From Phoronis australis (lineage: Eukaryota > Animalia > Phoronida), in contig NMRA01000093.1 of NCBI GenBank assembly GCA_002633005.1, positions 572,102 through 636,101 of the forward strand: a stretch of DNA of 64,000 nucleotides, read 5' to 3'. This document shows, in pieces, positions 28,401-40,400 of this stretch. A model generated the notes under the pieces. It was not told the origin of the DNA, did not search any database, and saw only the letters and a list, made by a program, of their open reading frames with translations. The translations under genes and the position numbers were made by a program. The stretch's first letter is position 1; each line of letters begins with the position of its first letter.

Positions 28401-31400
28401 ATCATTAAATGACAGAATAATTCCAAATTTCTGGAGCTTGAATATCTAAAACGATCATAAAAAGAATAACAAATTCGAAAAAAATCATCTAAAATAAAAC
28501 ACTTAAAATCAAATGTTGCTGCACTATCTGTTAAGTTAGTGTTAAAACATTTTAGAAAATATTCGGAAACATCTGATAGAATGACGAAGCAGAAACCATA
28601 CAAGCCACCACCATTGTCAGACATTTAATACTTGCAATGTGGGATTTATATGCATAAGTGCTGGCTGACAAGTGAATGGAGAGTTCAAGCACATCCCTTA
28701 CATTCGGAATTCATTAAGCTCATCAAAAACACAGCAGCACAATATACACATGGCAGCCAAGCTTGCAGTCTTTTCTTAAAGCACGACTTACAGTTAACAT
28801 ACAAAGGCTTGTAATTAAGTTGACATGGTCATGTCATTAACATGTCGAATCCACCATGTCATTAGACAACTTAAGACGTGTCAGTAACAGAACAAGGCTG
28901 TATCATTCATGACAAGACATTAACGCGACAGCCATGTCACTAAACATGGCAGTCATGTGACAGACAAGCAAATGCCATTAACATGCCAGTAACTAACAGC
29001 CATGTCAATAGCATGGTAATGGCATGTCACTCACATGACAAAATATGCCAGTATCATGACAACCTTATCAGCATGACAATGACACGTCACTCACAGGACA
29101 AAACATGCCAGTAACATGACAGTCATGTCAACATGACAATGACACATCACTCACATGACAAAACATGCCAGTAACATGACAGCCATGTCAATAGCTCGTC
29201 AAAGTGAGTATTATTGTCAATGACATGAGTCAGTAACATGCGACACATTTCAATTTTGAACAATACATGTGAATAGTAATCACCATAACAGTTGCAAGAT
29301 ATCAGAACTGTAAAATAACATAATGCATTACTATGGAGATTTCCACACTCACACCATGCAGTGCTAGAGCATTCCAGTAAAACAACAAACAACCAGCGTA
29401 AAACAAACATGCCCAATAACACACAGTGACACCTCACAGTGCACACCACCAAAATATCGTACTGACAAAGAACAATTATTGTTAGTAATGTTAAGCTAGT
29501 CAATCTTGAACTCAAAATAGAGTTTCTCCCATCAGCAAGGGGGAGCCACTAATCTAGGAAGGCAACATGGATAAGTAGCGATATGCTTTCAAATTAACCA
29601 GTAAGCGTAGAAAAAGCGAAGCTTTGACTGACTAAGCCAGAGTTGGCTTGGACAAGGTTTGCATCATTTCTTGTCATCCCAGGTGTGAATAGTCTGGATT
29701 TTGAATTCCAGAGGAGCATCTTTGAAATTTTATTGTCATTTTGCATCCCCAGAGTCCACAAGCAGTTCTAAAGGAAATGTTCAAGATGAACTTGAACATA
29801 AACTGCAATTTGTTGAAATAGAATTTTATCGACACACGCCAAGCAATTTTTACGACCTGTTAAAACAGGTCGTAAAAACCTTACAAAAATGTCTTAAAAT
29901 TATATCAATTTTTGGATTAGAAAGAAGTAGTTTGGCGTAACTAACTAATGGAGAATTCTCAAGCAAACTGTGAAGATCACCTCAGCTCAGAGTATGCCAC
30001 TCAAAAATAAGCATTTGAACAAAAAGTCAGATTTTTATCACATCTAATGGCGAAACAATTGATGAAGGTGAAAAAACAGTTTAGTGTTAACTTGATGAAA
30101 ATGCATATCACTCTTCACATGCAGATTGAATGTGGTGTTTTCACAAACTCTCCAATACCTGTGTGATGTATGAGTGAGCTGTCGATGCAACGATAGTATA
30201 GCTTGAACTTTCAATCGAGAAAAATCAAGTGCATACATCTAACAAGTACACGATCTCCACTTTGTCCAAAGTTACAATCATGAAAAATTAGGAATGCCAA
30301 TCTGACGTATTGCAAAACCTCAATCTTATCGAAGTCATGCCAATGGCCAGACGACGCATTAGGCTGATTTCCAACCACAATTTCAAAAGGGAAGTTTTTG
30401 GACTGTAAGCCAAAGCTGGAAGCTGCTGCCATTAATTTTTTGGTCACGCCCAAAGACCTGCACTTTGAGACTTCTATACATACACTTTATGGTCAAATGT
30501 ACATCGTAAGTTATTGCCATAAATCAAACACACTGAGGATTAACTTGACCATGGCCAAAAGACTGATTGTATCATAAGTCAATAATGAGAGAATTTCAAG
30601 AGTGAAAGTGGGTCGAACAAGAATGACCGATGACTCTTATCGCCACCTGGCTTTATCAGAATGTACTTCTTTGTAATGGGTGGCATAAGGGAAATGATCG
30701 ACTTCGCAAAAAGCCCTTTCATGTTGGATGTGAGGCACTGTAAACAAAACGAAATTGCTTCTTCGCTCTGAAGATGTCAGTATTATTCAGTCCCATGTGA
30801 TTAGTTGCCACTATCCTATGAGCTTTGAGAGAAGTTTCAGAAGCAGGCACTGAAGTTGGCCCTGCATATCAACATATTTTGACTGGAACTGTGTCATAGA
30901 AATCATTGATAAACATGGCTTAGGTCATTTCAACACTTCAAGTTTGTGAGCCAGCAATTCTTTCTTTACTACAAAGAGCCAATTTTCACTTCTGGGAGGG
31001 AGTAATAACAATGGTGGTTCCTAGAAGTGGGCTCGAAATGAGCAGACAAAATAAATCTGACATCACTGAAAATGTCAGCTAAGTTTAGTTTTAACACCAG
31101 ATGAGTGCACGACTCAACATTCACCAGAACACAGTAGTGTTGACGTTGGAGACAAAGCCTGAAGCACAGCCCAAGTCAACACCAGGCTAAAGGCCCTTTC
31201 ATACTGACTTAACTCCAGTCTGAGCGGAGCGTCGACGTAAACAGCGCAGTTAACTGAACCGTTCATACTGGCTTCGGTAGCTAATGAACATCGAAGTAAA
31301 CGGTAGGTAATGCTGTCGTCATCGAAGTTCTCGCAAGGTAGCGCTGCATGCTTTCAATGTACAGTTTGGGAACATTTACATGTGCTAATTGACATTAAAC

Positions 31401-34400
31401 TTATTTCTAAATCAATTGGCTATTGTTAGAGCAAAATATAAGCAGCTATTAGTGACAGCACTACTCAGTAATTATCGACGATAACAGTGGCACCTGGCGA
31501 TACCTTCGATTGGACCAAACTTAACCATTCATACTGCACTGTGATGTTAACTGCAGCTGTTAACTTTGATCCAGGACCGGGGTTAAGCATTCATACTGAC
31601 CGCAACTTCCCGAACCATCGACACGTCGACGTTAGTATGAAAGGCTCTTTTGACCCAAAAATCAACAACAACAGTGATCCAAGACTAAAACATTGATACA
31701 ACACTATCACATTTATGGACAACACATTTCACTGTATTACCGTCAGTCTCCACGTCTGACAAATAAGAAAGCAATAATTATTGTACTGGCTTAATCCAAC
31801 AGAGTATTGGATTACTAGTTCACCACTTATATGCCAGTACACAGCAGAGAAAATCACCAGCTAAGCAAACTAACAGAGCAAATACCATAATACAAAGAGC
31901 AAAATAAGGAAACAAAATTAAGCCCTACTGTGTGGCCAGAGAAAATTAATTAACACTGCAAAAATTCAATGAGAAAAGACAGAAAACAAAATTGTCGGCA
32001 TAAATTTATGTGAAGAAGTGGGAAAATCGACCAAATATGACTTTAGTATAAATCAAACTGTAGTCATCTAGAGATTAAACTCCTTAGTGTGTCATGGTGT
32101 AATAGTGTCATGGTGTAATAGTGTCATGGTGTAATAGTGTCATGGTGTAATAGAGAAAATCAGTTCAGCATCAGCGTGGAACAGGAAATACCTCGTAGAT
32201 GTAAATCAGTGTGAAACTGAAAATATCACCAAGGTCTAGAATCTGGGACTGGGTGTAGACACATTCATTTTGGCAATCAAACTCAAAACTACTTATAACA
32301 TTTCCATTCTACAGTCTATTTTTATGAGCTTGGCTGACTGTTACGCAAATGAACATCCTGTCCAAGTTCGCACTTGATGTTCCCCAGTTTCCAGTTACAA
32401 ACTCGACTAATAACTCAATTTCGAGTTCAGACTCAACTTATACCATTAACGCTGAGGTCATCAAGTGCAAACTGGGATTGGACAGTCATCCATCTAAACC
32501 ATAAAGTGCTCCAGCACAGTTTGCATAACAGAAGAAAGGAAAACGTCAAAAGGCGTGTTTAAATTTGATTGTGAGTACAAAAATTAAGCTCTGGGCCCTT
32601 ACCTCTGAACTACGAAGTCAGAATCGAAATTCATCCAATCACACTTTCACAATTCAAGTACAAATTTGTTAGTCAATTCTCAAGTCTAGTTACAAGTAGA
32701 GATTAGACCTCAAGCCCAGTTCAGTGTAAACCACCAATATTTCAATTACAAAAAATTCATCTACTGCATGCAAAGAAGTTCGCTTTGTTGCGAGTTTCTC
32801 AGCTTAGTTAACGCAGTTGAAAATACCTCATCCTTAAATTTGAAAATAAAAAAATGAAGAAAGTACAACATCAATGTCACAACAGCCATGCGATCATCCT
32901 ACCAGCGCCTCCTGAAGATGAGATCTGTGATATTGATACAGTACACGCGCCTACGGCATCGTCAACGAATATCCTGTCCCTGTTATTACAAAAAATTCTT
33001 CCGTTGAAATTCAGCAAACTGAAGAGGTCAATTAAGAGTTGAAGTATTTGCATACGATTTTGACGCCTTGAGAAACCCCCAGAAAATAGGATATCTGAAG
33101 GAGTAAACACATCACCAGACTTGGAACTAAAGATTGTAAATTGTACTTATCCCACTTATAGGTGAAGCACAAAATGTTCACGTTGATTTTCAGAAAACTT
33201 TCAGTTGTATTCAAAACGTTTCCTTTCGTGACACGCTTACAAGTGCCACACCTACAATGTACGCCCCACGCGTAGTTGAATTTTGCAATCCATGAGGCTC
33301 AAGCGCAATAATGTAATTCACATAGGCCCAAACATTGCAGCGAAAAGGTCAAGTTCAATACATTATGAGTACCAGTTAAACAGTCATAGGATAAAGCAAC
33401 AATACATACAGTATGTCTTGTTTTTTCCTGAATAAAAAACTGGACTGCATACTGAAACATTACGGCAACTTTTTCAAATTCATTTTCAGCCTGTCTGCAT
33501 AATAGAAGCCACTAAATGCAACTATGAAGATATGAAAAATCAAACTGCCACACATTTGTAGAGCATTTGGTAGTCAGATTTAATCTAGAAACAAAATAAA
33601 AGTAATGGGTTAAAAACATGGTTCTTTCTACCTGGAAGTAATGTGTTTAGTTACATATCCAAGGATGAAGTCATCTTCTACTCATCCTTGCTATAAATTA
33701 ATGTTAAATAATGTAGAATGCACTCGAGGCGTGCAGATTGTCACAAAGACAAGACCAGAGTTGTCACAATGGGCCCTGCACTCAAATGTCTATTTCTTTT
33801 GTAAATCACATAAAATGTTGTTTAGGACCATCAAAACTTCATGCTCATTAAGTGTAATTTACAACTTTGAAACAACACATTAACCACTAAGTGGCATGTT
33901 CTTTATTGCTTGGCAAATAAACCGTTGTTAAATGGCCCGACTCAGCTAGCAAGATCAGTAGACGATGGAGCAGACTGGCAGAATTTGACCTTCGCCGCAT
34001 ACGGCCCATTTTAGGGCTCCAAGGGACTAGGTGACTAAGTAGGTATAGGTAAATGGCCAGAACTCTAACGACCATTCCCAAGAACTATTAGCTTTTCAGT
34101 TCACATTCAATCTGTCAACGTGTAGTTGGCCATAACACCAGGTCATGAGACAATCATGAAGGTCTCCATTGCATGCTTAGAAAAAGAGTTGACAGATTAA
34201 CTAGTGATCTTGTAAGGAAGTCAATGTGTCATTAACAAGACATGGTATCTCCTTTCAATTCATGACAGAGATAAAGGTCTACAAAAGAGATAATCGCATA
34301 CAATGAGGGTGACTAGTGAGTACAAAGGTTGACAAGTAACGATGGTGGAGAGAGGTACAAGACGGAGAAGATGGAAGTAAAGAGGCGGGGTCCTATTCAT

Positions 34401-37400
34401 AAAATTCTTTCAAAGCAGTAAAAGTGGGCGGAGTTCAAAACTGAAGCAGTAGCTGAAGCTAAGGGTCAAAGGTCATAGCATGCTTTGAGTGACGGCAAGC
34501 GACAGGGATGGTACAGACACGTTCAGCATCAACAGAGTAGTTATATAACGCGGTGCTAACAAGCCACACTCTCACACAGAACAAACTACCAAACATGTCT
34601 GGTGGTGAGGACACACGTCAGATTTGTTAAGATATAAGCTCTAAGCTAAGGGTTCGTGGAGATCTGTCAGTGTCAAGTTACAATTCGCAGTGTTCGGACT
34701 GCCAAGCAACCTAATCAAACTAGGGTGCTGTGTTAGGGACAGGCTGCAGAGTTCAGCTGTTGGATTTCACCCATTAATATTCCTTTCAGATATCCATAAG
34801 GAAGGAAAGAGAGTCAGCTCTCCTGTACTGGAGGTAACTACATTCAGACCGGTGCGCCATGTAGTCTCACATTCAACTAAACATCAAGATCTGATGACAA
34901 TTTGAGCACTACGAAAGTGGATTTTCAAAATTCAAACCATTAAACAGAGGTGTAAATTTGAAAATCTTTTTTTAATTCTGTTCAATAATGATGCATGGAT
35001 TCTTAACAAAAACATTTTGTGAAATCCAAAAGTTGAAAACTCTAGGTTATGAGCAAGCAGTGGATGGTTTTCTACGCGAGTTTTACACCAACCGGTTTCT
35101 CCGGACTTGGAGACTTCTGGTATGAATAGGGTTCTAGACCCACACGCGTCATCATTCATGATGCGATCCCTGAAGAGAGGTAAGCGTAAAGAAACTAACA
35201 ACAAAGACAAAACTGTCAACAACACTACAACAGACAGGTGATTGTTTCCAAACCAGACACATGGTATAGGTACCTAGGTTCAGAAGAGTCAGGTCTTACT
35301 AGATTTGAAAATTATCAGTTGCACCATGAGAAAAATAGTTTCAAAGTTTACAAATGAATCACATGATTGGTCAACACGAGGAACCCACGGTGACCACAAC
35401 TAACAAGATCAATGCAGAGTGTTGAAATGCACCTACGAATGCACCGCAAACGGTGTGTTTCTAGAGTTGTTTATTTGTATCATAAAAATGACCACTAGAT
35501 GGTGCAAAACGTACAATCCATTTGCAAATGGAACATGCCATCGCTTCTTCAATAGAAAGCTATTTACTAAATTTCATAAAAATCTGATAAAGAACTTCAG
35601 AGAAACGAAACAAAACAAAACAGAAAAAATGAAACTGCCAGAAGGGGGCACAGTGTCCTCCTGAAAGTCGTCAACTATTGTTAGCTTCCTATAAATACAC
35701 TTATTAAATTTAATAAAGATTCGGCAGAAAACAAAAAAACAAAACCACCACAAGGAGGCGCCATAGTAGTCGACGTCATCATCCTCAACTGTCCTCTTCA
35801 CACTGAGAACATATACGCCAATTTTCAAAATCATCCTCCGAATGGTTTGGTTGATAGACAGGTGGATATCAAAAAACAGACCAGAAAACAGTAAAAATGG
35901 CCAATAGGTGGCGCAAAATACCTCGAATCCAACTGAAAATGGTAGGATAGTGTCACTTCTCCAATAGATGCCTATATTCCAAATTTTTATGTAACTCCAT
36001 TGAGGACCTTTGAATATACAGAGATAAACCTAAAACGCTAAAATTGCCACTAGGGGGCACTGGTGAAAAACTTTGCGAAAGTTATCGTCGTCATCCGTTG
36101 TCAACATCATATAAATACACTTGCTAACGGGTAGAATATACAGCCATGGGCTCAAAAAAACTGCCACTAGGAGGCGCCACAGTAGTCAAAAGCATCGGAA
36201 AATCATCGACACTCATCCTCTTCATAGTAAGCAGACTCGAAAAAAGTAAAACTGGCCACTGGGTGGTGCAAAATACCTCAAATCCATCCGAAAATGAGAG
36301 GATAGTGTCATCTCACTAATAGATGTCTATATTTATTTCAAATTTTGTGAAAATACGTTGAGGACCTCTGAAGATAGAGGTGGGCATAAAAAATTAAAAT
36401 TGCCACTAGGGGGCACACCCGTAGTCCAAGAGGTCCCAAATTTGTTGTCATTCGTCATCAGCTTAATAGAAACACATCAGCCAAATCTCATGAAGATCCT
36501 GTGAGGGGTTTAGGTGATACAGCTGCGGACGCCAGACGCCCAGACAGAGATGACGGCAATATGCGACCACATGTAAATATGTGGGCGCATAAAAATTGAC
36601 CATGGGATGATGAAATTCCCAAATTTGGAGTTTACTAATGTGAACATAGCCCTTAATTCAGTCCTGCTGCTAGGGTTGCTTGGTCACCTGGTATGTTTAC
36701 CTTTATGACACCTCATGTCATAAAACTATGTGCCTGTTGACTGTTGGCAGCCCAGCCAGCTGGATCTCTATTGTGTTGGCTTACAAAGTTAATAGGGTTT
36801 TGGTTCAAATTTTCACCTGTACTAGGTCAGTCATGTTTTGTGTCTAGTCCAGTAACAACCCATAGTCCATACAGTATCTTGGAATTCAAACAAACATAAA
36901 AAAACAAAAACACGTTTCTCATAAGAATATCTTACATACTAGGTTGGCAGTCTGACGGACGTTGATTGAGTAGTAACACGCAGTAGTCAGACATTGTTAG
37001 TGAGTGGTCAGTCAACTTAACTTACCAATCAGACATTGTAAGTGAGTGGTCAGTCCACTTAACTTACCAATCAGACATTGTAAGTGAGTGGTCAGTCCAC
37101 TTAACTTACCAATCAGACATTGTAAGTGAGTGGTCAGTCAACTTAACTTACCAATCAGACATTGTTAGTGAGTGGTAAGTCCACTTAACTTACCAATCCA
37201 TCACCTGTAACTTGATCTTTTCACACATTGACGGAAACTTTATTTTCAGGTTCAGAGACTGATTCCACTCAGGATGGTCGTTTCCGTACATAATTTTGGT
37301 TTTTACCTAAAACATCGGTTGTATGCTTTGACACACTACATTACAACGATACATGTTAATTTCAATTGACTAGTTGAATAAACTCTACATGATATTTAGT

Positions 37401-40400
37401 TTCATCTGCTAGCGGCTTGAAACTTGATACACCTTTTTGGATTAGGAAAAGTGCAATGTACACAATAAAAATTTTAAGCTTTGGTTGTTTTTCCACCGGC
37501 AACTGAAAAATCGTGATCCAGTGAGTGAACATTTACTGTGCTCTGCTTTTTTGAACATTCTGACAAGACAGAGTGTCATTTTCAAAATAACGACTTTCGA
37601 TACAATTACGTAAAACTTACTGCTTTAAATAAATTTGTTTTCCTGAAAAAAACAGAGAACAAGCTCCTTTAAACATGAGAGGTGGCATGAGTACACTTAG
37701 CCCTGTGCCGAGGGTTAAAAACAAAACATGAACAGAACAGAACCCCCAAATCTCTCTTAGTTCGTCCAGTGCATGTGTACTTATTGCACATGGAGAACCA
37801 ACTCACATCCTTTCCAGCAAATGAGACAATGGCATAGGGGTCAACCAACTCTTTCTTCTCATCGCCTAACCCGATCATCTTCTTCACGCCATACACAAAA
37901 TCAGAGTCCACTGAAATAACGACAGCGAAATTGTAACGATATACTAGATTCACCTTACCAACGATCTTGGCTTTGCCCTCTACAAACGTCACAATCTTCC
38001 CAGTTACAAACACTACTCTGTACAAATTGATTTGGTTCCAGCTAATTTCGATTACAGCAGGCATTTTAGTAAGGTCCCAGAAGGGTTCGTTGTAATGCAG
38101 ATGATCCGTATTTGTATAGATTCCATTTTGGCAAGTTAGTCACGTGCTTAACAAGGTTGTGTTACCTCCACAACACAAAATAGTCAACTTCTGCAAAAAA
38201 GCCATCTACAGGGACAATGTCAGAGATGGAAATTTCCCCAATTTCAAGTTTACGGCCAAGAAACCAGCAATCAAGAAATGACTGACTTCTACTTGGCTGA
38301 CAGTGTGATCAAGAAAAATAAAAAAAATCATTTGAAACTGGCAGGAAATTGTTTTGAAAAACTATAGTTGCCTTTCTGTTGTTTGCATGTACATTACTAT
38401 AGTTGTTTCAAAATAACTGCTATTTAGTTAAGGTCCACAGTAAAACACCTAACACTTACATTTATGGGCCACAGATGATTTAAAAATGAAATGAATGAAC
38501 AAACTGCACTACAACCCATTCCATCAGGAGACATTCAGTAAAAAGCTCGGCACATGACGGGGAAAGAGCAGATTTTGATTTTATCTCGTCAAATTTCTTG
38601 ACAAAAATAAACTTCTTAAGTCTATCACTAGCTTCGTTCGAGTTCAGCAGACATCATGAAAGAACATTTAGCAAAGTTCCCAATGTTTGCAGCAAAGCAA
38701 TCGGGCTTTGAAGAGTGCCAAATTTGGTAATCAGTTTTGGATAAAAAAGTGGAGAACTACCACATGACCTAGACTTACTTCTGGGTATATCCTCTGCCCT
38801 GTATATCTTGATCTTGAACGTAGCAGGGCGCAGCATCACTCCGGCTGGACGTAACAGATTTCTGCAGTAATGGAAGAACAAGGTACATACTTAAGTTTTC
38901 AATTTTTCACTGAACTTTGAAAATTCAGACACTCGTGAAAAATGCAAACAGAAAGAGAAGCAGTTGCATGTTTTCAGTGCAAGACCTGCACAATCAAGTC
39001 ATTTCTTCAGTAGTTTCATAATGAAGTCTTGAAGGTAAAGTGAACATTATCAACTGTCCACAGGTACAAGCCCACCAATGAAAACTACATTTGCTCCAAA
39101 ATTTTCTACAAATTTTGAAGCACATGTGCACTTCCATTGTGTAAATCCAAAAGCCTCAATTGACCTTCAATCAGCAACTAGGTCAAAATAACCACACAAC
39201 TGGAAGTGGGGGAAATTGGCAATGGTGCTTCCAACTGGCAAAAGTTTATTGGTGTTTCAGACATAAATTTAATATGATTGCCCTTTACAAAGAGTTCCAT
39301 GAAATGAAAAAACAACAGTGATAACACAGAAAGAAAATCATAGTAAAACATGAGATTTCATTGACTAAACATTCTCAGGTGGGTGCCAGTCAGAAAACCA
39401 GACTGCTACTCGCATGTGCTGGCTTTGCTTGCTGTTTTCATGATCAATGGCTTTCAAAGAAAACTGGAATGTTCTACCTTAACAGTTGTTTGAAAACATT
39501 ACCTGGATAATAACATAATCATCCTCTGTTCTGTTCATATGTCCTTCACAAGAATTAGCAATCCCAATTAAAAAGAAATCTGTTAACAAACAAAGAACAT
39601 TTCCAAACAAAATATACCTTCGTCTGTTCCTACTTTCGCCACAAGGATCCCTCAAAGACTACTCTTGTTTCCAAGTGGCATACAAAAACCTAGGTCAGTA
39701 GTTTAACTTTTGACATCTCTTCGCAAACTGTGACATAAATTTCACAGCAGGGATACTGTAGAAGTACAGCATGGAGAACAAGACATTTGCTTGGAACATG
39801 TTGATATTTTTGTATATACTGTTGGCCTTTTTTCATCACACAACTTTTTGTGTTCACCAGAGCCCCGTTCATTAGCACCCAATACTGTAGTTCATCAGCG
39901 CCCGGTTCACTAGCACCCCGTTCCTTAGCACCCCGTTCCTTAGCGCCCCGTTCATTAGCNAGCACCCCGTTCATTAGCACCCCGTTAATTAGCACCCCGT
40001 TCATTAGCACCCAATACTATATTTCAGTTCATTTAGACCTCACAACAGGTTATATTTTGATTTGCAAATAATTAAGGCAACTTGTGTTCTCCAGCGTGTC
40101 TGCAAATATTTACTTGCAGACATGTCTAGTGTGTACAGGCTAAATATCATGATCCAGAAGCGAACCACGGAATCCAACAGATTACCATAGCTGTAGGTTG
40201 ACAGAGATCAGAATGATACTCAAATGAGTACTGAACCAGCTGTTTTCGCATGAATTTCTTTTAAATTCTTGAGATCACCGTGGTCAAAGACTGAACTCAT
40301 TCACAAGAGTGTTTTTAAAGACACTTGTAAATTTGTTTTTTCTTTACTTAAGATTTGCACCAATGAACACAACCACCAAACTTACGCTTCAATGTCCTGG

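Noticed and set aside
29599-29693. Possible third mutually exclusive exon (phase 2 to 1, ...[10 protein letters not shown]...)
   Set aside because: Joining to the upstream TG gives TGA, the length differs, and the WDR motif is absent.
34698-36686. Docking/selector-type RNA pairing around exon A (ccaagcaacc at about 34702 with ggttgcttgg at about 36674)
   Set aside because: Only a 10-bp core, expected by chance across kilobase introns; needs covariation evidence.
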